From Craspedostauros australis (lineage: Eukaryota), in the NCBI GenBank assembly GCA_030167865.1, contig JALAGF010004003.1, positions 1 through 64,000 of the forward strand: DNA of 64,000 nucleotides, in the 5' to 3' direction. The notes beneath the pieces are model-generated. The model did no database searches, had not been told where the DNA came from, and worked only from the letters and a program-made list of their open reading frames with translations. How positions within the stretch are numbered: position 1 is the first letter of the stretch; each line of letters begins with the position of its first letter. Positions 47,301 through 57,500 of the stretch are shown here, piece after piece. A program made the position numbers and the translations under genes.

Positions 47301-48976
47301 CTTCGGTGGTCCCAGGTTTGTCCGAAACAATTATCCCCATGTGAGGACTGAGCACCGCTTGTTCGCTGGATGTAGATCCAGACTCCACAACGGAAGGAGC
47401 GGCAACGGGTATTGGCAACGTCGGCAACATCGCTGGTCTGACATTGACGGTTTCTTTGTGCGGCATGGTGGGAGACGTTCCGGAATACGCTTGCGCACGT
47501 TCTCGAATGTTGTTGGAAACCCCGGGCTTTGTGACGGTTCGATCGAACTTGGCTGTCAATTTCGAGATGGAGGAACTTCGGGTCGGTGATGGCACGTGCT
47601 TGATGCCGCTGCTGTTCCCGAACCGACGCACGCTGGTGGTGGATTCGAATCTCCCGCGCAGGCCCCGCACGCTGTTGTCATCGTCGTCGTAGCCGCCGAA
47701 TGGAGAAATCCTCTGCTTCGATGGTTTGGGCTCGAATTGCTTGCGCAGCGATCGGACGCTATTGTCGTCATCATCATCCGTGACAACGCTTTCAGTTTGT
47801 GGTGGACGCGGTGGCTTTGATTCGAATCGTTGGCGCAAACTCCTCACACTCATGTCATCGTCGTCGTCGTTCTGATGTTGCGGATGATTCGCAACGTGCT
47901 GAGGCTGACTCGATGGTTCGAATCGTTCCCGCAGACTTCGAACGCTGTTGCTGTCATCATCGACGCCAACAGTGTTGTCGTCGTATCTGTGGTACGGCTT
48001 GGGCCTTGGAGGGTGTTGCTGCTGCCTTGGTTCATAACTCTTGATGCTCATGTCATCATCGTACGCGGAACGCAACGTGCTGACATCCATGCTCATGTCA
48101 TCCTCCTTCTTCTCTTCGCCCCCACCATGACGCAAGATGTTGTGCGGAATCCCTGTGATGATCGATTGCTGCTGTGGTTGGCTGAGTTGACGAATGCGAT
48201 CTTTGACAGATCCGGTGGGCGTGCCGATCCGTTGGAAGGTGGGTGCCATACGGCCGCTGGCCACGACCCCATTTTCGTGCGGGGCCTTGCGCTGCGCATT
48301 CATGATGTTGACCAATTCCGTTTCATTCGAGACTTCCTCCTGACCGATGATCGGATCCGGCTGGTGCTTGGTCAACTTGTTGCGCAAACGAGACACGTTG
48401 GTAGTCGTACCACCACCGACCGAATTGGAACGCTGCTGCTGCTGATTGAGACGATGGATGTTCTGGTTCATGGATCGCGATCTGCCTCTTTGCGTGGGTC
48501 GATCTGGTGAGCTTCCCACCGAGATATCCAATCGATCCATGGAAAAGACCGGCTGAATTTGCGAGGCCGGGTCATTGGGAGGCAGGTTGGGTGGCAACCC
48601 GGCAGGCGGCCAGCTGCCGGACGAATCTGAGAGCATGAGGCTGTTGTCGTAGGGATTGCGACGCGCCGGCTTGGGCGGTTCCTGCGTCGCCATGGAATAG
48701 ACCACCTTGCTGGGCTGCGGCGTCGCGTAGACCGGCTTGGGTCGGATGGCCGGTTGCTGCAACGCCCGGATCGTGGAGTGTATCCGCTTCGTTCCCGGTT
48801 TGGTGATGGGACGCCCCCCGAAGACTGCTTTCAATGCAGGATCGCTCTGTTCTACCGCATCCTTCCCCGTTTCCACGCCGATGGATGAGATGCCGACGGA
48901 TCCCGTTTGGTCTGTGGAGTTTTGTTCTAACGTCGGTGGTTCATGATTGAGAATCTGATGGTTCTGAGTTGGTTGT

Positions 48977-49041
<65 letters not shown>

Positions 49042-50199
49042 TTGCTGTTGTTGCTGCTGTTGCTGTTGTTGCTGTTCCATATGAAGCCCCAATCGCCCCT
49101 TAGATTGTGATGCATCGGCAGACGGTGGATTCGATCTCCTCGCATCATCCAAACTCCTCCCATTCGAACTGGATTCATTGGACGTGTCATCCATCAAACA
49201 ATGAATGGATTCCACTTGCGGCGTCGGCCTGTACAATGACGCTGTGGATGATGGTTTCTGTTTCTGCTGCCAAAATTCGCGCGCGCTGCGTGGTTCCGGC
49301 GACCGTGTCTGTTCGACTGCGGCATCGATCTTGGCTGCGATCCCAGCAAATTTGACCGCGACATCGTGGGTGCGATTGGTCATGACTTCCGTGAGTGCAT
49401 CGTCGTTGTTGGAGGCCATCAAATGCAAGGGCATACGCGATAGATTGGCCATGACTTCCGTGGGCGCCGATGTGCCGTGGTCGCTTGCAGCGCTTTTGGG
49501 CGTGGATGGCTTTTGCCTGCGAGGCGTCCGCAGCGTCGGAGTGAGAGGCGACGTCCTCGGAAACATGGAGAGCGGCGTCGTGGGGGTGCGGCTCCTAGCG
49601 TTGCTGGCATGCGATTTGTGGCTGTGATTGCTGTGACTTGGCTGTCTCGCGAGCATGGAATTGTTGCGCTGCACGTTGTCGGCCGTGAGATGGGCCGGTG
49701 AATGTTGGGGACGCTTGGCGGGCTCCATGGAGGACTTGGATGCGATGGAGGAGCAGTCGTCTTCGATGCCCAGGTGCACCTGCTGCTGCTTGGGGGTGGA
49801 ACGAGTGGCATTGCGAGCCGCACTGCGAGCGTCCATCTGGCGCTCCCTCTGGCGCCATTTGGCAGCGTTGGAGGCCGAGTTGGTGCCCGTGCGGACGGTG
49901 GAGGAGCGCGATCTGGTGTGCGACTGCCTGGTCTCCATCGTCGTCCAGCTGGACAGCGACTTGTTCAAGCTCGAGGACTGATCCATGAGGTGGGTGGCGG
50001 CGGTCGCGTTGCCCAGGGAGTCGCCGCAGTTGTACTTGGACAGCATGGAGGTGTCGTTTGCGTCGTCGCCTTGCCTCCGTTTGAGGGGAGACTCCATCGT
50101 CAGCGTCGAGACGTCCTGCGGCGTGCAGGAGATGGCCTGCAGGTACCTGCTTGCGATGCTCCCGCGCGCCACATTGGCCAATGGATTGGAAGATTCCAT
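44302..50199 (-). CDS. Very large (~1965 aa) intrinsically disordered protein with poly-Q and SVRSLRxxFE repeats
   Basis: Uninterrupted 5.9-kb S/Q/P-rich ORF with internal peptide repeats and no recognisable globular domain. Confidence 0.8.
48973..49074. repeat. CAG/CAA coding microsatellite (poly-Q, ~34 residues)
   Basis: Run of TGC/TGT units on the + strand within the 44302-50199 ORF. Confidence 0.95.
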
Positions 50200-50220
50200 C
50201 GTTCCTGTCAATGCGTATTA

Positions 50221-50356
50221 TATGAATGCGTATGAATGCGTATGAATGCGTGGCAGTACTACTATGGATGCAACAGTCGGAACACCTTCTTGCCCCAACC
50301 CCCGAGACAGTCCAGCTTTCAGTGCAGCCTTCAGTGCAGCTTTCAGTGCAGCCTTC
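50221..50356. repeat. Two short tandem arrays: (TATGAATGCG)x3 and (CAGCYTTCAGTG)x3
   Basis: Seen directly, just upstream of the large disordered-protein gene. Confidence 0.85.
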
Positions 50357-51446
50357 GGAAGGGCAGTCCAATCCAATCGAATCCGATCCAATTTAGGTTC
50401 CGTTTGTGCTCAATGGCTGCTGCACCTGCTGGATCAACCAACGAAGGCGGCCAAGGAAGGAGACCAAGCAAGATGATCGATGATGAATGGGCGAGGGCAG
50501 TGATGCGCTTCGGCGGAGTGATTGGGCCGTTCCTCCCACTCACTCTATTGGCCTCAACTTGTCTCTTGTTGTCCCTGTGGTGCTTCCGCTCTACTCCAAC
50601 TCAACTCGTCCGAATACAACCACCCTCCGAACACGACCCACTCTTGCTCCACTCACAGAATAGAGCGGCCCTTTCCTGAACGATGGTGGTGCAATCAACA
50701 TGAGTCTACAGATCATACTGTACCAACACACATTCACCATTTTCCACTCACTGCTTCCGCATCGCGGTTGTCGGAAGCAGATGACACGCGCAAAGGCGCG
50801 AAGGTGCGCGCGAGGTGCGCCTGCATTGGATGTGTATCGCGTAGAATGCTTTGTTGCGCGCACACTACTTTTCCGTTAGGTTTAAAATTGGTCACAGGAC
50901 ATGCAGATGTAAATTTACCGCAATTTGAGAAGTCAGTTGGGTCCAAAATAGTCACAGACTTGAATCAACGAGAATAATGTACCAACGTTTGCGTACTCAA
51001 ACTAGGTATCGTACCTGTCTTCTGAGGTACCATCATGTTCCAAGTCACAGTTGCGAAACCATGCGACACAATCGTATCTTTTTTGACACGATCAGCGCCC
51101 CACACGAAATCGTTCCTTTGTTCGTCAAGGATTTTGGTCGTGGACTGGCTACTGCCGGAGTGAGAAGAAGGATACGTTGCGATGGACGAAGACGAAAGCT
51201 CCAACACAAACATCAACATCTTCGTCGTTCTTTCGCAATCGAAAGTCCTCATTGCTTTGCCGAGCGCATACTCTCACTCAAAGTCCGTCGCACCACATGA
51301 TCCTTGCCGTGCCATTCGTTGCGCTGCATTACATCGCTCTGCTTTGCATTGGATCTCATAAAAACAGCAATCCCAACCTCTCCATCCCACCACAGCCGCA
51401 CATCACCAAATCCACACCCCACAACAACACAACACACAACAACACA

Positions 51447-52139
51447 ATGAATACAATCAACGCAGCCAACACCGCCAAATTCCAAAAGCCAAAGTTCATC
51501 CCCAAGGAGACGAACGACTACGTCTTGAAGGTCGGTTTCAAGGAGACCAAACCGGCCGAAAAGCTGCGCCTCGAAACCGCTAAACACCGCGCCGGCGTCA
51601 TGATGGGCGACCCCATCGAGGCGGCCATGTTCAAGGTCATGCTGCCGGCCATGGCGGCCAAGAACATCATCGAGGTCGGCGTCTTCACGGGATACACGAC
51701 GCTCGTCATGGCGCAGGCTGCCGGACCCGGCGCCAAGGTCGTGGCCCTCGATGTCACGGATGCATATCCAAGCATCGGCAAGCCATTTTGGAAGGAGGCC
51801 GGTGTCGAGGATCGCATCGATTTGCGGATCGCGCCGGCGAAAGAATCCTTGCAGAAAATGCTGGATCAAGGATTGCAAGGCACGTTCGATTTCGCCTTCA
51901 TCGATGCGGATAAGGTCGGCTACATGGACTACTACGAGCTATTGTTGCAGCTCCTGCGCAAGGATGGCATCATCGCCATCGACAACGTCCTGTGGTCCGG
52001 CAAGGTGTACGATGAATCCATCACGGACGACGATACCGTCGCCTTGCGGAAGTTGGCCGAGTTCGTGCAGGCCGATGACCGCGTGGAGCATGCCATGCTG
52101 CCGTTCGCGGATGGCATCACGATGGTCCGAAAGAAGTAG
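51447..52139 (+). CDS. Caffeoyl-CoA-type O-methyltransferase (Methyltransf_3)
   Basis: IIEVGVFTGY, FDFAFIDADK, GIIAIDNVLWSG, LPFADGITMVRK. Confidence 0.92.
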   Translation: MNTINAANTAKFQKPKFIPKETNDYVLKVGFKETKPAEKLRLETAKHRAGVMMGDPIEAAMFKVMLPAMAAKNIIEVGVFTGYTTLVMAQAAGPGAKVVALDVTDAYPSIGKPFWKEAGVEDRIDLRIAPAKESLQKMLDQGLQGTFDFAFIDADKVGYMDYYELLLQLLRKDGIIAIDNVLWSGKVYDESITDDDTVALRKLAEFVQADDRVEHAMLPFADGITMVRKK

Positions 52140-52758
52140 GGGCGGACGGTATCATATAATACGATGCACCATTGAGAAGAATGAATGAACGAATGGCATA
52201 CTGAAACATCACATCGAGATGGAGACGATTTCGTAGAGTTGCTGTGGCAGGAACGACGAAGCACTCGCGACGAGGCTGCCGGTATAGTACTCGGCTGATT
52301 CCTCAGTTGCATCCATTATATATGCAAAGTAATCGAGTAATGTATAGCAATGAGATTCGAGAATAAGAACGTATAATAGCTCGCATTGTACTGGTAGTGG
52401 CAAAGGAGTAGCTCTGCCTCTCGATCTGCTGTCGATGGCGAGCAAGATCTTGGTGGACGGAGCGTGGAGGTGCTTGGCCAGCGACCTCATGGCCGTGGTA
52501 TCTCTGCACGATCTGGTATACTGCCAATGATGCGTGCCTCCGAGGGACAAAATCTGCCTGACAAGGAAAGATGATGGGTTTCGGCACAAACGCCAAGAAA
52601 CCCAACACAAACACAGCCACTGACACCCTTGTCCTCATTCATCACACTCGCTTGCCAGTCGGAACACGCCCGCAACCATCCGATCTGCACCTTGACGGGC
52701 GTTGCCAAATAGAACACTCGATGATCGACTCGTGCGACGCTAGCACCAATTCAGCATC

Positions 52759-53736
52759 ATGACATCGCGGTACGCAGCGCGGCAGTGGCAACGCTTTACG
52801 CATAGATGGAATGTCACGATCTCTCGCTATCCACAGGAAATGGTCGCCACCTTTCTAGCAGCTCAGGGGACAACGTGGTTTGGACTATACACCGCCATCT
52901 CCTCCACGGCGTTGATCGCAGTGCCGCCCTCCATGGCCGTTGGATGGATATGCTCACGCTTCAGCCGCAGACTGCGCCAACCAGTCAACCTGTTGCTGGC
53001 AGCGCAACTCCAACGCATGGCACCGGCACTGAGCCAGCTCAAGATCTCGCCGCTGCTCTCCGGTTTCGCCGCGGACGAACGAACCACGCAGGAGTTGCAG
53101 CAGCAGCGCGAACGTATTGAACAACGCTATCCCATCACGCAGACGATCTTTCGCAATGCATCGAAAGGCGTCAACTGGCTGGGCGGTTCCATCGATCGGT
53201 ACGGTCTCGCCTACTTCCTCTCCGCCAAAGGCACCGCGCTGGTCACGATCTGCACGACGGCCACGATGGTGCAATACGGGGTGGATGTGGAGTCCATTCT
53301 ATCCGGTTGGGGCGCGGCGGACAGCTTTGGTGACAACGTCGGGGCGTTGGCAGCGGCCGCTGCAACGAATGTCATCTTCGTGCCGTCCCACTTCTATCTC
53401 GCCGTGCGGGGTGTGGAGTGGATCGAGCAATTCGCCAAAGGTGCCAGTCCGCACATTCGAGAAGGGTACGTGGAAGGATCGCGGAAGCAGCAGAAAGGTG
53501 ATGTCGCAACGCAAGAGTCCAGCACGATTCCAACGGAAGAAGAGATCCAGACCATGGTGATGAAAGGCATCATGTTCACGCTGCTGCTCTTCAGCGTCAC
53601 CATCAGCTCCGTCGCATTGATATCGACGGTGCAATCTCAGGACGTCGTTGGTGTTGCGATATCGGATGACGGCAACGGTGAAGATGCTGGAGCTGTGGAC
53701 GATGGCAGATTGCAGGTGAAGGATACATCATCGTGA
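52759..53736 (+). CDS. Multi-TM membrane protein, possibly DUF1279/FAM210-like
   Basis: 325-aa ORF with several hydrophobic segments. RYGLAYF...YGVDV..IL and GALAAAAATNVIFVP loosely resemble DUF1279. Confidence 0.5.
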   Translation: MTSRYAARQWQRFTHRWNVTISRYPQEMVATFLAAQGTTWFGLYTAISSTALIAVPPSMAVGWICSRFSRRLRQPVNLLLAAQLQRMAPALSQLKISPLLSGFAADERTTQELQQQRERIEQRYPITQTIFRNASKGVNWLGGSIDRYGLAYFLSAKGTALVTICTTATMVQYGVDVESILSGWGAADSFGDNVGALAAAAATNVIFVPSHFYLAVRGVEWIEQFAKGASPHIREGYVEGSRKQQKGDVATQESSTIPTEEEIQTMVMKGIMFTLLLFSVTISSVALISTVQSQDVVGVAISDDGNGEDAGAVDDGRLQVKDTSS

Positions 53737-54233
53737 TGATCTATCTGCGTTGGATGCGGTTGATCACGTTCGACGCAATCAACATCGCGAGAATGGAATC
53801 ACACTGTAGGAGTATGCCGTAGTGTTTCAAAATGTATTCTCGTCCTAAAATATGGAATATTACTCTGCTATGCACACGTGGCAGATCATGTTTGACGGTG
53901 TTCTTGCTTGCATTGAACGTCACAGAGATGATTCTTGGAGTTGGAAGCGACTTGTTCCTGTATTCTGTCCTGTGCTGTTCTCTTGTGTCGTGCCATACCG
54001 TGCTGTAATGATTGTCTCTTGTGTTGCTCAGTTTGGTTGCTGGCTAAACGAATACAGTACAGAGAGAGAGGGAACGAATGATGCCAAGTGTCGCAAACCA
54101 GCCACCCGACAGGCCAACTCGAAACAGGCAAAGTATTGTTTGGTGCAGCTGATCACACAGCTTGATTCGCTGTGTCCTGTCTCCTATCGCATCTCGTCAT
54201 CCTCTCGTCTCATCATTAGATCATGCCAACTGA

Positions 54234-54977
54234 TCAACGCAAGATACCTCTTCCGAAAAACCGTCGTCGTCGCCGACGACTTGTGGTGGTGGACTGCGAT
54301 TGCGATGTCAGACTGCTGTCACTGCTCATGATCTTGTTCCTGTCCTTGCCGCTGCTAGCAGTTAGTGGATGGGGCTGTTGATTCTCGTTGTTCGTCCTTT
54401 CCCTGTTGGGTCGCAGATTGATGACGCTGGGCGGTTCCACTGTATCGGACAGATCCGATCGGTATTCGTAGATGCTGAGCGGACCCCACAGCTTTTGGCG
54501 GTACTCCTTGCAAAGGCGCAGGAGGTTTCGCTTGCCCCAATCGGGATTGTTGGGATCGCTCTTGTAGGTGTCCTTGGCGTAGTTGGCAAGCTCCTGCAAT
54601 CCCCAGACCTGACGGAACGACAAGGGTGCCTGCCCGTCGGCAAGAACGACGTAGGCGATGCCCCTGACGTTGTACTGCGCGCAACCTGTGTTGGGGTCCA
54701 TGGTCAGCAAGGCCGCAGCGCGATTGAGGTCGGGTCCCGAGATGGAGGAGTTGGAGGCTGCCTTCTCATCGGGCTTGGCAAGGGTGCTCTTGTGAAAGTA
54801 GATGGTCATGTTGAGACCGCAGAGCTCCGCGATGATGCTCTTGACGCCGATGCAGTCGACATGGCCCACGATGCTCTTGCTGAAGAATTGCTTGGAGCAG
54901 AGATGCTCCTCGTAGCCCGAGATGTCGGACGAGGACTTGCCTCTGGTATCGACGGAGACGACGTACAGATCGGTCAT
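54234..54977 (-). CDS. Hypothetical protein (247 aa)
   Basis: C/G-ending codon bias, CT-rich leader, globular-looking N-terminal two-thirds. No family recognised. Confidence 0.65.
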   Translation of the reverse strand: MTDLYVVSVDTRGKSSSDISGYEEHLCSKQFFSKSIVGHVDCIGVKSIIAELCGLNMTIYFHKSTLAKPDEKAASNSSISGPDLNRAAALLTMDPNTGCAQYNVRGIAYVVLADGQAPLSFRQVWGLQELANYAKDTYKSDPNNPDWGKRNLLRLCKEYRQKLWGPLSIYEYRSDLSDTVEPPSVINLRPNRERTNNENQQPHPLTASSGKDRNKIMSSDSSLTSQSQSTTTSRRRRRRFFGRGILR

Positions 54978-55615
54978 GGTGGTTGAAGAGAGAGAGAGAG
55001 AGAGGACGGGATAGGAGCGGTCTGATGCTTCTTCGTTGGGGGTGTATGGTATTTTATGTAATTGTGGACGGAGACGAGGATGTAGTTTGTGGAATGTTGT
55101 CAGAGGGGTGAGTTTGTCGATGCAGGAAAGAAAATGAGCATGTGGAAAAAATTGATGTCGTTCATTTTGTGAACGTGAGAAGAGTGGCGAGGGAATCGTC
55201 TTCGGCGATTGGGCTCGCTTTGGCGACTTCCCAAGAATGGCAACGTCATTAAGTATCTGTTTATTATTGTATACAAATATGAGTAAAATTAATGATCGGC
55301 TTCGAGCTTCTTCTTGATGGTATCACGAATCACACGAAATGGTATCCTTTCGGAAGTCTAGAGAAATCGTTTTCTAGATCGCAAAGAAGAAAGAAATCCC
55401 ACGAAAGGGCGATGGACGTATCTCTCCGACAGGACTCCACGAAGCTCGCGATCTAACCTTAACCAACAACCAGCTGCACTTCTATCGCGAGTGCGCAAAC
55501 AATACTCTCGCATGCAGACATTAGGAATCGGGTATAGCATCAGTACTTCTCTACAAGAATGGCGGACTTTATTCCTGTGTCGCAATCAAATCTCATTGTT
55601 TCCGCCACACCTTGC

Positions 55616-56233
55616 TCATGGATTAGGATTGCCCTTGCCCAACCGATCGGCGATGGGAACCCATGCATCGCCATCTCGTGGCGTTGGAAGATCGCCGTTA
55701 ATGACATACGCCAACGTATCGACGACCTGCTCCGGCTCTTCGCACACCACGTTGGCGCTCGCATTGACCTCCTTGAGCATGTGAGAGATGGCCGGTGGAT
55801 GCAGCGTGATAACGGGCTTGCCCAACGCCGACGCATATCCCGCATCGAACGCGGCGTTCCATTGGCGGTACTTCTCACCGAATCGCACCACGACGACATC
55901 GGCCTCGCTGAGCAAGGTCTTCGTGCGCACGGCGTTCATGTTGGCGCCGATCTTGTCCCAGTTGGGTCGTTCCTCCTGCATGCCCAGGATGATGGCACCG
56001 CAGTCGTCGCTGTCCTCGTGGCTCGTGTTGGGCGACGTCAGCGCGACGGGGAGCTGTTTCTTGGCGACGCCATCGGCGATGACTTCGCGCCAGTCCGAGT
56101 GGATCTCGCCGGAGAGGTAGACCTTCCAGACCTTCTCCGCTGCCACCGTTGTGGAGGAGAAGTTCAGACGGGAGGTTCGGGCAACGCCTGTTCGTGCGGC
56201 GCCGATCAGCGACTTTGCGGTGGCATGCATCAT
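55616..56233 (-). CDS. ytoQ: YtoQ-family (nucleoside 2-deoxyribosyltransferase-like) protein with mitochondrial-type presequence
   Basis: VYLSGEIHSDWRE, VVVRFGEKYRQWNAAFDAGYA.ALGKP, H.LKEV. N-terminal ~30 aa is R/A/S/T-rich and lacks acidic residues. Confidence 0.88.
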   Translation of the reverse strand: MMHATAKSLIGAARTGVARTSRLNFSSTTVAAEKVWKVYLSGEIHSDWREVIADGVAKKQLPVALTSPNTSHEDSDDCGAIILGMQEERPNWDKIGANMNAVRTKTLLSEADVVVVRFGEKYRQWNAAFDAGYASALGKPVITLHPPAISHMLKEVNASANVVCEEPEQVVDTLAYVINGDLPTPRDGDAWVPIADRLGKGNPNP

Positions 56234-56360
56234 GGTTTGGAGTAGTGGTGTATTCGTACAATTACAGTTGTTGTTGTTGTTGTTGTTGTTGTTTGTGCGT
56301 GAGTTGCTGTTTTGTGATCTTTCGCGCCACACTGATGTGTGTGGATGACTTTTGGTGTGC

Positions 56361-56380
56361 GTGACGTCGGATGACGTCAT
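56361..56380. promoter_or_regulatory. Tandem TGACGT sites (GTGACGTCGG ATGACGTCAT) in the ytoQ/ICT1 divergent promoter
   Basis: Two cores 10 bp apart, one of them a perfect palindrome. Confidence 0.4.
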
Positions 56381-56632
56381 CTGTGTGGAAACCAAACACT
56401 ACCACAAAACAGCCAACACAAGTGAAACACGAACCATCAAATGTTGTTTTCTCTTTTGGCTCTGCACCATCCGTCCATCTTCATCGAAGCGCAACGGACG
56501 TCCGCCCAGCAACGACACTGTTGATGGTGACGGCAACGGCGATGACGATGCTCTAACAAGGGCTGCTCGAGAGCACGATCGAGAGAGAGATAGCCATTCA
56601 GATTGCAACAAGAACGGAGTGCTCGTCACACC

Positions 56633-57319
56633 ATGTTGCCTTTATTTGGCATCATTCCGCACCATGTCCGGAGCAGAGGATCATCGATCATGAATGCCAA
56701 AATGGTGCAACGAGTCAGCCATCAGACTCCACCCATCAGTAGCATGATCGCAACCACAGATCCGCTCCGGCTTCAACGGCCGATCTCGGCATCTTGTGTA
56801 CATACAATGCAGCATCAGCATCAGAACCTTGCAACTCGGCAATGGCAACAAGGATGGCAACATCGATGGCAGCAGCAACATCGCCACTGCTCCGATTGGA
56901 AGGTCCCTCAGAAGGTCACCATCCCGGAAGACCAATTGGACATCACCTTCCAACGATCCTCCGGCGCCGGCGGACAGAACGTCAACAAGGTCAACACCAA
57001 GGCCGAAATCAGATTCCACGTCCCCACGGCGCAGTGGATCCCGCGCGAAGTGCGCGATCGCCTTCTGCAGCAGCAATCCAATCGCATCAACAAGGACGGG
57101 TACCTCTCGTTGAACAGCCAAGAGCATCGCACGCAGCTGCACAACCGACGCGAGGCGATACAGAAGCTGCAGGATCTCGTCCTGCAGGCTTACCCGCGTC
57201 CCAAGGAACGCAAGCAGCGTGTGGGGATCAGCAAGGAGGGCAAGCAGCGCAACATCGAACGCAAACGGCGGCGCAGTGAGACCAAGAAGGGCCGTCGCAG
57301 GTCGCGGGCGGATTGGTGA
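56633..57319 (+). CDS. ICT1: Peptidyl-tRNA hydrolase ICT1/ArfB (ribosome rescue factor), organellar
   Basis: RSSGAGGQNVNKVNTK, RINKDG, RTQ..NR..A, and basic tail KRRRSETKKGRR. Start codon is uncertain. Confidence 0.9.
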   Translation: MLPLFGIIPHHVRSRGSSIMNAKMVQRVSHQTPPISSMIATTDPLRLQRPISASCVHTMQHQHQNLATRQWQQGWQHRWQQQHRHCSDWKVPQKVTIPEDQLDITFQRSSGAGGQNVNKVNTKAEIRFHVPTAQWIPREVRDRLLQQQSNRINKDGYLSLNSQEHRTQLHNRREAIQKLQDLVLQAYPRPKERKQRVGISKEGKQRNIERKRRRSETKKGRRRSRADW

Positions 57320-57500
57320 ATTTGGTAGAGTACAGCATGCTTGATCTACTCTATTTAGGCCCATTCACCCCCAATTAACGTGTGCCATGCACTTCAACAA
57401 CGACTGTCGTCTTCGCAGGAGAATTGCCCAACAACAACAACAACACACACACATACTATACCAGGACTAGAGTACGGATATTCCATACATCAATCATCAC

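Noticed and set aside
47640-47965. Regularly spaced DNA repeats superficially like a CRISPR array
   Set aside because: The repeats are degenerate, in frame and protein-coding, in a eukaryotic gene, with no cas genes.
2817-52139. Possible secondary-metabolite cluster (three methyltransferases + SnoaL cyclase + permease)
   Set aside because: The genes are scattered over 50 kb among housekeeping genes, have different predicted compartments, and there is no core PKS/NRPS/terpene synthase.
52461-52505. Minus-strand peptide DTTAMRSLAKHLHA resembling DTVALRKLAEFVQA in the adjacent O-methyltransferase (possible inverted relic)
   Set aside because: Only 14 residues long and I could not extend it, so it could be chance.
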